Translations under genes and position numbers: made by a program
Source of the DNA: a virus
Virus record (IMG/VR): IMGVR_UViG_3300045974_000760
Coordinates: 32,001-96,000 of that record
Direction: 5' to 3' (one strand)
DNA length: 64,000 nt
Shown: in pieces, positions 9,881-20,286 of the stretch
Layout of the letters: every line of letters starts with the position of its first letter
How positions within the stretch are numbered: position 1 is the first letter of the stretch
The notes under the pieces: model-generated
Database searches by the model: none
What the model was told of the DNA's origin: nothing
The model's input: only the letters and a program-made list of their open reading frames with translations

Positions 9881-10155
9881 CGCGCTTCCTCTTTCTCGAT
9901 GGCGAGCGCCACCGTTTTGATCGCCTCAGCCGGGGGAATGCCGGCGGCGGTTAGCCGCGTGTACATTTGGCCCGCGTCGAAACCCTTCGCGGACTCCGCA
10001 GGCCATTCGACTTCTACAACTTCACTTGACGTGCGCTCTACGCGCACTCGAGCGTTACCCTGTTGCGGCGGGGCGGGATGGGAGCCGCTACTGCCCCCCT
10101 TGTTTCCCCCCACCGCGTACAACCCAAGCCCAACAAGAAGTGGGAGTAGGAACAT
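9877..10155 (-). CDS. membrane-anchored hypothetical protein
   Basis: AAGGAG RBS, hydrophobic N-terminus, downstream of a promoter motif. Confidence 0.65.
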   Translation of the reverse strand: MFLLPLLVGLGLYAVGGNKGGSSGSHPAPPQQGNARVRVERTSSEVVEVEWPAESAKGFDAGQMYTRLTAAGIPPAEAIKTVALAIEKEEAR

Positions 10156-10177
10156 GGTTTTTTTCTCCTTCAAGTTC

Positions 10178-10206
10178 CTTATCCCCGGTTCCCCCTACCG
10201 ATTCAG
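10178..10206 (-). promoter_or_regulatory. phage promoter motif (TGAAT-N13-CGGGGATAAG)
   Basis: One of 17 copies in the window. Confidence 0.7.
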
Positions 10207-10637
10207 GGCCGGCAAAGCACGTAGCTCATCGGCGTCAACGCCTCGAGCCTGAAGCCCGCGCCCTTGTACAGCTTCACCGCAGTCTCGTTGCTCTTCTCTA
10301 CCTCGAGCTGAACACTCTGCGCGCCCAGCTTCTCGGCCTCGTCGATGAGCTCGCCAATCACCGCCTTGCCATAGCCTCTGCCCCGCAAGAACGGCATGAT
10401 GCCCAAGTACAGGATATCGAAGATCTCCTCCTTCCAGCTCACAACCGCGTAGCCCACAGGAGTACCCCCAGGCCCCGTCAATGCGAGGTACAACCTCCCC
10501 GAGCCGTTGCCGAGGTGATGCTCAAGCGTCGGGACGTTCAACATCGTGCCGGGAAGGACTGACTCATTCCACGCAACGATGTAATCGAGAAGCCCGGGGG
10601 TTGTCTGCTCTACCAACTGGATGTACACGTTGTGCAT
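10203..10637 (-). CDS. GNAT acetyltransferase (RimI-like)
   Basis: LRGRGYGKAVI acetyl-CoA motif A; LEVEKSNETAVKLYKGAGF. Confidence 0.9.
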   Translation of the reverse strand: MHNVYIQLVEQTTPGLLDYIVAWNESVLPGTMLNVPTLEHHLGNGSGRLYLALTGPGGTPVGYAVVSWKEEIFDILYLGIMPFLRGRGYGKAVIGELIDEAEKLGAQSVQLEVEKSNETAVKLYKGAGFRLEALTPMSYVLCRP

Positions 10638-10818
10638 GGTCTCAGTCTCCGTTGACACGTCTGATGGCGCCCCCACTGTAGAACAACAAGTCGATGCCGA
10701 CATCCAAGCATTCGAGGAATGGACTCAGGAGAAGCTCCAGTTCGAAAAGCTGACGAAGGCAGAGTGGGCAATCATCAAGACCTTCTGCGCTTTCAAGCTC
10801 GGTGTCGCAAAGGTGTAG
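10636..10818 (+). CDS. small hypothetical protein
   Basis: Helical ORF ending at the converging terminator; start uncertain. Confidence 0.5.
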   Translation: MVSVSVDTSDGAPTVEQQVDADIQAFEEWTQEKLQFEKLTKAEWAIIKTFCAFKLGVAKV

Positions 10819-10852
10819 CTAAGAAAAGCGAGTACTACCTGCTTCTCTTCTT

Positions 10853-11185
10853 TCACACGTCCCAGATTGCGCCCCTCCGCGCTCGCTCCGCGAGGAGCGC
10901 GTCGTGCCGCTCCTGGATCTTCGCCGCGAACGGCACGTCGGAGTAGGGGGAGCACACGCCCGTCTCCTGCGCGAGCTTCTGGTGCGCCACCAAGAGGAGC
11001 CAGAGGTGCACATGCACCAGCTGGCTCTTCCCGCTCGCCCACGGGTGCAGCGTTACGCACACTTCGTGTTCTTCGGTCATCTCCGATACGACCAACCCCA
11101 TCCGGTGCGCGGTGCCGTCTGGACCACAGAAGATCGCTGCACACTGAACCAAAAACCCGAGGTCTACATTGTCCATGCTCGTCAT
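10853..11185 (-). CDS. hypothetical protein
   Basis: Lies between promoter motif 11224 and terminator 10816. Confidence 0.65.
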   Translation of the reverse strand: MTSMDNVDLGFLVQCAAIFCGPDGTAHRMGLVVSEMTEEHEVCVTLHPWASGKSQLVHVHLWLLLVAHQKLAQETGVCSPYSDVPFAAKIQERHDALLAERARRGAIWDV

Positions 11186-11223
11186 GTTTCGTGCCTTTCA
11201 GGAAGGAAGGGTCCTTCAGTATT

Positions 11224-11253
11224 CTTATGCCGGTTTACCCCCTCGGATTTAGG
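11224..11253 (-). promoter_or_regulatory. phage promoter motif
   Basis: CCTAAATCCGAGGGGGTAAACCGGCATAAG. Confidence 0.7.
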
Positions 11254-11296
11254 GTAAACAGGGGCTAAGAAAGGCGCGTACTGGCCCCCTCCTTTC

Positions 11297-11728
11297 TTAC
11301 ATACGTAGCCGTCTCGCCAGGCCGAAGAAGCCCCGGGGCACAGGGCGGTCGAACTCGCCCTTCGCGCTGAACCCGATGGCGGTCACCGTCTCATCGTCGG
11401 GCCACAGCAAGACGACCTGCGGACCCTTGCTGGGGTTGAGCCGTATCGCCCGCTTGATGGCGAGGATGTACAACTCCCCCCGCCACAGGGGGCGCAGCAT
11501 CAGACTTACGCCCGGGCACGCGGCGTAGTCCGCCTCGGCATTCTCGACCTCTTCCTCCTCTGTCCAGGCCGTATCATTACCCCCTGGACCAAAGACCCCC
11601 TTCGCTCCCACAACCAGGGTCGGGGTCGTCTCATCCAGGACACCGCCGCGAAGGGCGTCCCGGATACGTACCTTGCGCTGTCCCCAATCGGCACCAACGG
11701 CCCGTGCGGCTACCTCGTCTGCGCGCAT
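11297..11728 (-). CDS. hypothetical protein
   Basis: AAGGAGG RBS; terminator motif follows at 11261. Confidence 0.65.
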   Translation of the reverse strand: MRADEVAARAVGADWGQRKVRIRDALRGGVLDETTPTLVVGAKGVFGPGGNDTAWTEEEEVENAEADYAACPGVSLMLRPLWRGELYILAIKRAIRLNPSKGPQVVLLWPDDETVTAIGFSAKGEFDRPVPRGFFGLARRLRM

Positions 11729-11883
11729 GTTGCCCTCCTTGTTGCCTCGAGGACGCGTTGCTGGTGGTCGTAGCCCACCTCGCGCACTCGCCACCAAGTA
11801 CCCGCATCCCGCCCTACCTGCTCCGCGAACATCCGCTCAAGCAAGGCCCACTCGAATCTCTCGGACTCCCACATCTGTGGCAT
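11710..11883 (-). CDS. 57-aa hypothetical protein (not in the ORF track)
   Basis: MPQMWESERFEW...; GGGAG RBS after promoter motif 11904. Confidence 0.5.
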   Translation of the reverse strand: MPQMWESERFEWALLERMFAEQVGRDAGTWWRVREVGYDHQQRVLEATRRATCAQTR

Positions 11884-11903
11884 GGCATTCTCCCTTCGGC
11901 TTT

Positions 11904-11930
11904 CTTATCCCCGAGAAGCCTCACAGATTG
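11904..11930 (-). promoter_or_regulatory. phage promoter motif
   Basis: CAAT-N13-CGGGGATAAG. Confidence 0.7.
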
Positions 11931-12030
11931 TGGAAGGTACATCCCCAGACATAGGGCTAGAAAAGAAGGGGAGCCTGCGCATCGCTACCCTTACTTTTCC
12001 GTCTAAGCCGCCCGCCCGTCGGCGGACAGC

Positions 12031-12429
12031 TCAGACAAGACCGCGGCTGACCCCATCGATCAGCGCCACTTCGAGCCCGGCCGTTGCCGCGGCTGCCTCT
12101 ACCGCTGCCGCTGCGAGGGCGCTCCGGCGCCTGACCCAGTAGATCACGCCTCCGACCACGAGCACCGTGGCGACCGACCCGGCGGTGAGCGCAATCCAGT
12201 TGCGCTTACCAAACGCAAGGACCCCGTGGTCCTTGTTCCAGGCTGCAATCAGGCCTTTGATAGCCTCTTTGGCCTCCGGCGTGTTCTTGCCCACCTCCTT
12301 CTCGATGCGTTCGACGGCGTCCTTCATGGACACCTTCTCCGCGTCGACAGGTACTTCGCCCGGTGCAACTGCCGGGGCTGAGGTTGCGTTTGAAACGTTG
12401 ACTGCGGATGCTGCTGCGGGCGTGGTCAT
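12031..12429 (-). CDS. membrane protein
   Basis: One TM segment (WIALTAGSVATVLVVGGVIYWV); GGAG RBS; promoter motif at 12469. Confidence 0.65.
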   Translation of the reverse strand: MTTPAAASAVNVSNATSAPAVAPGEVPVDAEKVSMKDAVERIEKEVGKNTPEAKEAIKGLIAAWNKDHGVLAFGKRNWIALTAGSVATVLVVGGVIYWVRRRSALAAAAVEAAAATAGLEVALIDGVSRGLV

Positions 12430-12606
12430 TGAAAACTCCAAAGCGGGGGGTTGTGGCCGCTCAGTAATCTTATACCCGGATTTGATGGTATTTTTAGCCC
12501 CTGCGCGCCTCCGGGTATAACGGCGCGCTGGGACGTAGGGGTACTCTGCCAGTACGATGAGATTGCTCATTCGTACTGATGTACCCCCCAATACGGGGGA
12601 CTACAA

Positions 12607-12852
12607 CTACAACTTGTCGTTGTAGTCGTGCCCCTTGATCCTGGCACCCGGGACGGGCCCTTTAGCGGGCTCCTCGACCGGGTTCCGGGCTGCCAGGACC
12701 ACGTCCTGGTAATCCGCACGGTCACACTCGTAGGTGACCGTGTACTGCGCCTTCCCACGAAGGCGGAGGATTTCCGCCTCCGCCCACTCGTTGTACCTCT
12801 TAGCTCCGTAGCCAATGAGGTCCACGAGCAGACCGCCACCGAATCCCAGCAT
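12607..12852 (-). CDS. hypothetical protein
   Basis: AAAGG RBS; promoter motif at 12896. Confidence 0.55.
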   Translation of the reverse strand: MLGFGGGLLVDLIGYGAKRYNEWAEAEILRLRGKAQYTVTYECDRADYQDVVLAARNPVEEPAKGPVPGARIKGHDYNDKL

Positions 12853-12895
12853 GGTGTGACCTTTCTGAGAGGGGTAAATGAGGGCTCTCAGTACT

Positions 12896-13009
12896 CTTAT
12901 TCCGGTTTTGGTCCTCTAAATACCCCCTTTGGGGCAGGAATGTGGAAGGTACAAATGGGGGCAAAAGGGGCCTAAAACGCCTAAAATGGGGGGTAAAACC
13001 CGGTATAAG
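12896..13009. promoter_or_regulatory. back-to-back phage promoters
   Basis: CCGGAATAAG on the minus strand (12896) and CCGGTATAAG on the plus strand (13000-13009) in a relatively AT-rich spacer. Confidence 0.7.
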
Positions 13010-13016
13010 TATATTG

Positions 13017-13499
13017 ATGACACCCTCTACCAACGACGTTGTGCGTAACAATGCAGTGAACCCTGTTATCAAGTCGGACGACTTGACGACGGAAGAAAGG
13101 GAAATGATTCGACAGAAGCGGTTGCAGGAATCGGAAAAGGCAAAGGCGGTTGAATTCTACCTGCAGATCAAGCGGCTGGAAGAACAGATGGGGCTCTCCA
13201 TCAAGACGACAAGCTGCGATGCGCGGTTGATCAAAGACCCGCAGCTGAAAGCCACAAGGCTGGAAGCCGAGCACCAGGCACAGGTCGACTCGCTAAAGGC
13301 CCAGCTAGCGCAAGTGCGCGCGCTCAGCGAACAGCGTGCAGCTGCGGCTTCGTTGTTGGCGCTGGCGGGTGGCCTGATGTACGGGGCCCTCATCGGTAAG
13401 GCAGCAGGGCAGGTGACCGGCGCACAGGAAGGCGTCGAAGCGGCGATCAAGGCAGCGGGCCCATTGGGCAAGCTGCTTCGGCGCCGGTTGGAAAAGTAG
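13017..13499 (+). CDS. coiled-coil protein with C-terminal hydrophobic segment
   Basis: ATG 7 nt after ATAAG (leaderless spacing); hairpin terminator 13511-13537. Confidence 0.65.
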   Translation: MTPSTNDVVRNNAVNPVIKSDDLTTEEREMIRQKRLQESEKAKAVEFYLQIKRLEEQMGLSIKTTSCDARLIKDPQLKATRLEAEHQAQVDSLKAQLAQVRALSEQRAAAASLLALAGGLMYGALIGKAAGQVTGAQEGVEAAIKAAGPLGKLLRRRLEK

Positions 13500-13617
13500 T
13501 AAGAAGTAGGACCGGATGACCCCGGTTTTTTTAGCCTCATGTCTTGTGAACTATTCGCCCATCCCCGGGATAAGAGAGCTGGCCGGACTTCACTGGCCCA
13601 TTGCCGGGGACATTCAA

Positions 13618-14196
13618 ATGCAAGTATTCCAGTTGACCGAGACGGTACGACAAGGCGTGGACGTGGTGTTCGGGGTGTTCGGGGAGACCGACGCAGTACT
13701 GCCTGTCGGGGATGCGGCGGTACCTCTGACCGAAGAGGCGATCCAGACCTTGTTGTGGCGCAACACTTACACCCTGACCGAGGCAGAGCTCGAGACGGCG
13801 GGGGCGCTGACCGCGTACAAGCGGAACCGGACGCCTACCCCATCCGACAAGGAGGCCGTTGTGAAGGTCTCCTTCGCCCCTGGTGAGGGGGGCTTCAGCG
13901 AGGTGACTGAGACCGCGTTCGACCTCGTCGAGAAGGCGGGGCGAATCTACCGGATGTACCACCCCCTCAGTCCGGACTCACGTTGCGTGCGGGTGTTGGC
14001 GAAGGGGGTCCATCGCTCGGGCGGGATGGCGTGGAATGAATACCTTTTGAGGGTCCGCCCATCAGATTCACCGGTCCTGCGTTGTTATAGGACAGGTGAG
14101 ACTGAAGGCGCGCCGCGAGAGGTGGAGTGGGGATGGGACGGTGTCAGGTGGCGCCGCTTCACCATCTCAAAGCCGAGGGCTTGCGTGCGCGGGTAA
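13618..14196 (+). CDS. hypothetical protein
   Basis: Downstream of promoter motif 13548-13574. Confidence 0.65.
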   Translation: MQVFQLTETVRQGVDVVFGVFGETDAVLPVGDAAVPLTEEAIQTLLWRNTYTLTEAELETAGALTAYKRNRTPTPSDKEAVVKVSFAPGEGGFSEVTETAFDLVEKAGRIYRMYHPLSPDSRCVRVLAKGVHRSGGMAWNEYLLRVRPSDSPVLRCYRTGETEGAPREVEWGWDGVRWRRFTISKPRACVRG

Positions 14197-14227
14197 ATAC
14201 GTCCCCGTTCCGGGGATAAGGCTATTG

Positions 14228-14842
14228 ATGACCACCACTCACTGCGATTCGCCTCGCCCCGAAACCACAACCGCAGCTGGAGAACAGATTGGCATCCCGG
14301 AGAGGGATGACATTACGCCGGCCATCTTTGCGCTCAATCCGCCGTTTTACGCGCTCTTGCATCAGCTACCCTCCGACTCGAAGCGCGCAGGACTCGCGCT
14401 CCTGCTTCTCGAGCCGGCGGTGTCGTACTTCGTCCTGCAGCGGTTCGTAGCGCTCGGCATACTGCGGCTCCTTCGGCCGGAGCTGTTGGGCGCCATCGAC
14501 GAGTACCTCGACTCTCTGTCGCTCGAAGCCGTTGAGGTGCTGACGATGATGACCATGAACACGGTCACCGACTTGTACGAGGCGCTGCCGCGCTGGGGGT
14601 TCGAGAGCCCCATATCTCAGCGGGCGTGGTGCGCACGGAGGCTGGAGCTCGAGTGGTTGGCGGCGATGTTCGATGTCGACACCTCGGAGCTGGATCAGCT
14701 TGCCGAGGGTAAGATGACCCCTGGCTACGGGGACGCGCTCGACGTGTACGAGGAGTCGACACGTCTTGTTGTGCTTGCGGAGTTCGAGTTGGCCGACATG
14801 TTCAAAAGGCCGACTCGCTACTTCTACAACGAGTGCGGCTGA
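14228..14842 (+). CDS. hypothetical protein
   Basis: ATG 7 nt after CCGGGGATAAG. Confidence 0.65.
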   Translation: MTTTHCDSPRPETTTAAGEQIGIPERDDITPAIFALNPPFYALLHQLPSDSKRAGLALLLLEPAVSYFVLQRFVALGILRLLRPELLGAIDEYLDSLSLEAVEVLTMMTMNTVTDLYEALPRWGFESPISQRAWCARRLELEWLAAMFDVDTSELDQLAEGKMTPGYGDALDVYEESTRLVVLAEFELADMFKRPTRYFYNECG

Positions 14843-14848
14843 GCTGAG

Positions 14849-14883
14849 AGAAGTGCGTGCTGCCCCGCACTTTTCTTAGCCCC
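14849..14883 (+). terminator. hairpin + TTTTCTTAGCCCC
   Basis: AAGTGCG/CGCACTT stem. Confidence 0.75.
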
Positions 14884-14905
14884 GTGTTACCCTCGGAGAG
14901 CTCCC

Positions 14906-17900
14906 ATGCCTCTTTCCTCTTCAGACATCGCGCAGATGAATGGCGGCTACCAGCAGATGGCCATGGGCCAGATGCAGTACGCCGGTATGATTGGCCGCTA
15001 CGGCATGCAGCAGGGGCAGAGCCAGTACGGCCAGCCCGCTGACATGATGATGGGGCGGGCCATGAACGCAGGCATGGCCGTCGGCGCGCCTGTTGCCACG
15101 ATGGGCATGGGCATGATGGGGCTCGACGCCATGTCGATGGGTATGGCCGGCGCCTCCATGGGCTGGAAGGCCGGCGGTCTGATGGGCGCTGTCGGCGGTG
15201 GTATGGCGGCAGCCGCTATCCCGATGGCAGCTACTGCGGCGGTGTCGTACGGCGCGAGTCAGATGATGGAGGGCGCGCATCAGCAGCAGCTCATCAATCA
15301 GACGATGCGCACGAACTTCAATCAAATCGGCCAATACGGCCGTGGCTTTCAGCGCCAGGAGATGACGCAGATTGGCCAGCAGATGCGTGGGATGACGCAC
15401 GAGTTTGGTGCGGGCGGTGAAATCACCACGATGAACGAGCTCACCAACCTGGCTGGCAAGATGGGCCAGATGGGCGGGGGTCGCGGCATTCAAGACGTGC
15501 AGGAGTTCGGGCGCCGCTTCAAGGAGCTTGTCAGCACGGTCAAGACGGTGGCGCAGGAGCTGGGTACATCGCTCGAGAGCGCACAGAACATGATGCAGGG
15601 CCTGAAGGGTTCGGGCGTGTTCTCGAAGGGCAATCAGATGTCTGCCTTCAAGATGGCGAAGGGAGCCGCGTTGGGCGGTAACCTGGCCATGGAGGAGGTG
15701 ATGGGGATGGGGAACATGGGCTCGCAGATTGCGCGCTCCATTGGTGGTCGAGGACGAGCGGGCTTCACCGCGGGTGTGAAGACGGCGGGCATGGTGGGCG
15801 GCGCGCTCGAGACGGGTGTGCTGAGTGAGGAGGACATCTACAACGCCACAGGGCAGGTAGGTGCCGAGGGGCGTGAAGCATTGGGCGCAAGCCTGATGAG
15901 TGTGAACGCCTCCTTCTTGCGCTCGAGCCGTGGTCGCCGGGTAATGGCGTCGATGGCGGGGGAGAACGGCTCGCTGAATGCGGATGACGCTGAGGCGTAC
16001 ATGAGTAGCGGCGGCTTTGGTGTGGGCGGTACGATGGGCCGCGCGCGTAAGAACGCGAATCGCAGCCGTGCTGGCTTCCTGCGTAACGAAGGCAAGATGC
16101 GCGGGGAGGTCATGGCCCTAGACCCGCTTGTCGGCGTTCGTCAGACGATGACGTGGCTCGAGGAGCGCGGGTTCGACATGAACAGCGACATCGGCCGCAT
16201 CGCGCTGCAGCGTCAGATGAAGGCGGGCGGTGCGAATGTTGGGGAAGAGCAGCTCGATGCGATGGTGAAGCTCGTGCAGAAGGGCGACATCATCGGCGAC
16301 AACCAGAAGAGCCGTCTTGCGCAAGACAAAACGATGCAGGACATCGGCAACATGCAGAAGACGACGGGCATGGCAGGCTTGAAGACCAAGCTCGAGCACG
16401 CGCGTGAGTCGGTGCAGGGCAAGCTGCAGCAGATTGGCGCGGAGTTCATGAACAGCGGCGCAGAGCAGATTGAGCGCGCCATCAATCAACTGTCGGACCA
16501 GTACGTGCAGACCTACTCGCGTATTGCCGACGATGCTTTTCGGCAAGGCGCCAAGGGCTCGTCGGCTGGTGCGTCACGCTTCAAGGATGCTATCGGCGCA
16601 ACCCGCCATGCCGGTGAGGCATCGGCTGGTCAGTTCCGCGAGGAGTTGTTCGGGGGGCAGCGAAGGAAGGATGACTTCTCAGCTTTCGCAGCCTCCGGCG
16701 ACAAGGAGCGCTACGAGAAAGCGGGCTACACCATGCGCTCGATGTCGGACGTGAGTCGCGCGGAAGCGATGTCTCAGGGTGCGCGAAACAGGGACCCCTC
16801 TTGGTTCCAGGCAGGAGCCGAGCTTCGCGAAGAAATCCAAAACGCATACCTGAACGGCGACTTTGCGGGGAAGGGAGACAAGCGTCTATACGCTACACAC
16901 GCCTTCCTTCGCGGGAAGGATAGTACGGGCAAGGAGCGCAGGCTGGGTACGGGGCAGGACATTGGCGCGGACCTGGGGATGATGGGCTCCAACATGGCGC
17001 AGTCCGATGCGGACCGCGCGAAGCAAGCGTCACAATCGTCCTCACTTCTTGAAGGTGCTGGCGTCCGCAGCAATGGCTTTGACCTACCCGAATCTCGGCG
17101 CGGCCTCACAGGTAATCTGGGGCACACGGCAGCAGAGCGGGCCGAGTTGTTCGGGCTTGCCACGATGAAGCCTGCGCCTACTGAGGTGAAGCCTCTTCGC
17201 TGGCGTAAGCGCGCAGGCGGCGGCATGGAGCCCATCGTCGAGGCGGGCGCTGGAGAGTCGTGGGTAGCGGACAAGGAGAAGGCGCGCGCCGTCGGGCAGT
17301 GGATGGAGTCGGATACCGGCAAGAAGGCGCTCTTCGGGATGATGAGTACCGACAAGACTACCTCTACGCGGGCTGCGACGGAGAACCGCGAGCGTCTGCT
17401 TGAGCTGGTGGGAGGGGAGGACGGAGACCCTTCCAAGCTCAAGGGTGCGGAGAAAGATGAGTTCGACGCGCGCACCATCGCGGGTGATGCGCAAGAAGTC
17501 GGTCGGATGATGGAGGACGACAAGAACATCACGCTCGAGGAGGCATCCGCCAAGGTTGCCGAGAAGAAGGGCGGCGGCCGAACCGCAGAGCGTGTTGCAG
17601 CGGCATACAAGGGCATAACCGGAGGTATGGCGGAGCAGGGCTTCGGCGAGAGTCGAAAGATGGCTCGCACCCTACGTGGTGAAGGTCAGGCAGCGCAAGA
17701 TGACATGCGTAAGCGTGGCCTGATTACGATGAACGATGACGGAAGTGTGGGTCTGTCGGCCGCCACGAAGGAGGACTTGAAGAACTTCGGTAAAGACTCG
17801 ACAGGCAAAGTGAATCTGGGGGACCACGCCGGGAAGATGCTTGAGGCGATGGTAACGGCGGAGAACATAAAAACTACGCTGTCTATGGCCCCGGGGAACG

Positions 17901-18547
17901 ACGCTTTCAACCAAGGCCAGATGATCAAGTCGATGGAGGCGTCGGCCTCTGTGTCCGGCATGATGGACCAACTGTCTACTGCTCAGAAGCGCGAGATGGA
18001 GACGAAGCTGCGTAACACCGGCGGCAAGGGTCAAGGCCTTGCTGACGCACTCGGACGTGCTGCGCGTGTTGAGGACCGGTATACGAAGGCGGCCAACAGG
18101 TACGGTGCTGCCGCCGGTGCGGGAGCCATCTTGGGTGTTGAAATGAGTGACGAGGAGCGGCGCAACCTGAGTAAGGCCGACCCTGCGAGCCAGGCGCAGA
18201 CGCTGCTTGCGGCGCGCGGCATTGACGTCACCAAGGGCGACGGTAGCCAGATGCTGACCGACCTCACAAACACTCTCCACGGGGAGAAGTGGGTGGACGG
18301 CAAGGTGGTCGGCAAGATGTCGAACGAGGAGAAGGCGAGCCGACTCAAGGACATCTCTGGTCGGGCGGATGCGCAGGCGAAGGAAAACCAGGGCAAGGAA
18401 AAAGAGAAAGACAGTAAGGCGCTTGCAGATGCGATTGGTAACGCGGTCGGCGTCAAGATGGGGGAGATCTTCGGTAAGCCCATTCGAGTAATCGACGAGT
18501 CAAAGGGCGGCGGAAACGGCAACCCCGTGAAGACACCCGGACAATGA
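14906..18547 (+). CDS. tape-measure-like virion protein (1213 aa)
   Basis: Long Gly/Ala/Met-rich helical protein at the head of a tail/baseplate-like gene run. Confidence 0.6.
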   Translation: MPLSSSDIAQMNGGYQQMAMGQMQYAGMIGRYGMQQGQSQYGQPADMMMGRAMNAGMAVGAPVATMGMGMMGLDAMSMGMAGASMGWKAGGLMGAVGGGMAAAAIPMAATAAVSYGASQMMEGAHQQQLINQTMRTNFNQIGQYGRGFQRQEMTQIGQQMRGMTHEFGAGGEITTMNELTNLAGKMGQMGGGRGIQDVQEFGRRFKELVSTVKTVAQELGTSLESAQNMMQGLKGSGVFSKGNQMSAFKMAKGAALGGNLAMEEVMGMGNMGSQIARSIGGRGRAGFTAGVKTAGMVGGALETGVLSEEDIYNATGQVGAEGREALGASLMSVNASFLRSSRGRRVMASMAGENGSLNADDAEAYMSSGGFGVGGTMGRARKNANRSRAGFLRNEGKMRGEVMALDPLVGVRQTMTWLEERGFDMNSDIGRIALQRQMKAGGANVGEEQLDAMVKLVQKGDIIGDNQKSRLAQDKTMQDIGNMQKTTGMAGLKTKLEHARESVQGKLQQIGAEFMNSGAEQIERAINQLSDQYVQTYSRIADDAFRQGAKGSSAGASRFKDAIGATRHAGEASAGQFREELFGGQRRKDDFSAFAASGDKERYEKAGYTMRSMSDVSRAEAMSQGARNRDPSWFQAGAELREEIQNAYLNGDFAGKGDKRLYATHAFLRGKDSTGKERRLGTGQDIGADLGMMGSNMAQSDADRAKQASQSSSLLEGAGVRSNGFDLPESRRGLTGNLGHTAAERAELFGLATMKPAPTEVKPLRWRKRAGGGMEPIVEAGAGESWVADKEKARAVGQWMESDTGKKALFGMMSTDKTTSTRAATENRERLLELVGGEDGDPSKLKGAEKDEFDARTIAGDAQEVGRMMEDDKNITLEEASAKVAEKKGGGRTAERVAAAYKGITGGMAEQGFGESRKMARTLRGEGQAAQDDMRKRGLITMNDDGSVGLSAATKEDLKNFGKDSTGKVNLGDHAGKMLEAMVTAENIKTTLSMAPGNDAFNQGQMIKSMEASASVSGMMDQLSTAQKREMETKLRNTGGKGQGLADALGRAARVEDRYTKAANRYGAAAGAGAILGVEMSDEERRNLSKADPASQAQTLLAARGIDVTKGDGSQMLTDLTNTLHGEKWVDGKVVGKMSNEEKASRLKDISGRADAQAKENQGKEKEKDSKALADAIGNAVGVKMGEIFGKPIRVIDESKGGGNGNPVKTPGQ

Positions 18548-18810
18548 AATCACTACTCTTCCAAAACCCTCTCCCTCCCTTCACACAACCGCCCGGCTGT
18601 GAGCCAGGATGTGGCGAGCAGTCCATCAGCATCAAGAAGAACGGCAAGCTCTACAAGCTCGTTGTTCGCACGAAGACGGGCATCGAGTTCCCGTACCTGA
18701 CGATGCTCCGCGCCTACGCCCACTCATTGCAGGCCAGCGAGCCGTATGCTGGTACAACGCCTGGGCGAGACCTTCGTGACGCCCTCATCAAAACGAACCT
18801 CGTCGTCTAA
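18544..18810 (+). CDS. hypothetical virion-module protein
   Basis: ATGA coupling. Confidence 0.65.
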   Translation: MKSLLFQNPLPPFTQPPGCEPGCGEQSISIKKNGKLYKLVVRTKTGIEFPYLTMLRAYAHSLQASEPYAGTTPGRDLRDALIKTNLVV

Positions 18811-18825
18811 CCAGAAGGTGCGCCC

Positions 18826-20286
18826 TTGTCCGTCTACATCGAAATCACCACGCAGTCGTTGAATCTGCAGACGAACCTTCAAGGGCAAGGTGGCGGCAGC
18901 TCACGTGCAGGCCGGGCGTCTGCACGAAGGCCGCTGCGCGGGACCGAAATCAAGGAGAACACGTACGGGGTGATGAAGGCGGTACTGCCCGACGGCACCC
19001 CCATCCCGCTCATCTCCTCGAACAACGCTGAGGGCAAGGTCAAGGGCTGGACGAACTTCATGCTCCAGAGCGTGCAGGAGTCCCGCGTTGAAAAGCAGCA
19101 GATGATCGAGACGTTCGGGGACACGTACGTCTGGTTCTTCGGTGAGAGCCCGCGTTTTCTCGATGTGCAAGCCATCGTCCTCAACTCGAACGACTTCAAC
19201 TGGGAGGCCGAGTTCTGGGCGAACTACGAGCGGTACTTCCGAGGCACCAAGTTGACTGAGCTCGGGGCGCGTCTGTACCTCTGCTACGACGACACCATCG
19301 TCGAGGGCTACATGATGAACGCGCAGGCACAGAAGACCGCGCAGCAGCCCCTCGAGGTCCCCATTGCGTTTCGACTGTTCGTGACGGGCAGCACCAACGT
19401 CTCCAACGTCGGTAGCGGCGCCTTCCCCATCCGCGCAAGCGTGCAGGGCCTCTGGCCCATGGAGAAGCTACGTAAGCCCCTCAGCCCCGACGACATCAAG
19501 AAGCTCGTCAAGCTCAACGGCAGCCACATCCCCTCCGATGTCGACATCGGCGACTTCGTCAACAACGCCGAGGCACTCGTCGACCGCCCTCTGCGCAGCA
19601 ACATCGAAGACAATGCCGACGAGTGGACTGACCCAGATCCCTCTCCCTTCATCGAGAAGAGCGACTTCCAGGACGACATCGATGACCTCCTCGTCGCGCT
19701 CAACAAGGGTATGCAAGATCTAGGTGCCCTCACCAGCCAGCTGCAGAGCTTGATGGACCCGCAGAGCGCCTACGGCAGTGTCTTCAACAAGTCCCCGCTC
19801 AACACGCTGCCCTCGCTCTCCCCCAAGGAGCAGTGGAACAAGCTCAAGAAGACGTACAGCGACGCCAAGAACACCACGGAGAAGATCTCCAAGACCGGCA
19901 GCAAGGTCGTCAACGCCGTCACGCACAGCGGGCAGGAGTGGCACGACTTCTGGAACGACCCCGATGCCTACGTCGCTGACAAGGTGAAGAAGTCGGGCCT
20001 CTACGACAAGGTCGTCAAGGAGGCGAAGAAGCAAGCCGAGAACGTCTGGGAAGGCAAGCCCATGACCCTCAACTCCACCGTAGGCAGCCCCCCACGTACT
20101 GGACCCCCAGCCTCTCTCGCCCCTTATGGCATTGGCTCCCCAGGTACTACCGGTGGTGTCGCGAACAACAACTCCACCGGCGGCTACTCCTACGGGTACA
20201 GCTACTCGGGCGGTACTGGCTCAGGTGACTCACCTTCCTACTCGAAGTCCATCTTCTGGTCATCGACTGGTGCTAAGGCACCATTA
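18826..20286 (+). CDS. tail/baseplate-associated protein (ends TTA-TGA)
   Basis: beta-rich FMLQSVQESRVEKQQMIETFG...FFGESPR domain; last codons are CCA TTA TGA. Confidence 0.6.

Noticed and set aside
9167-14883. CRISPR array or attC-type cassette repeats
   Set aside because: The repeats are short, degenerate and irregularly spaced, and they map to promoter and terminator positions. There are no constant-length spacers and no cas or integrase gene.
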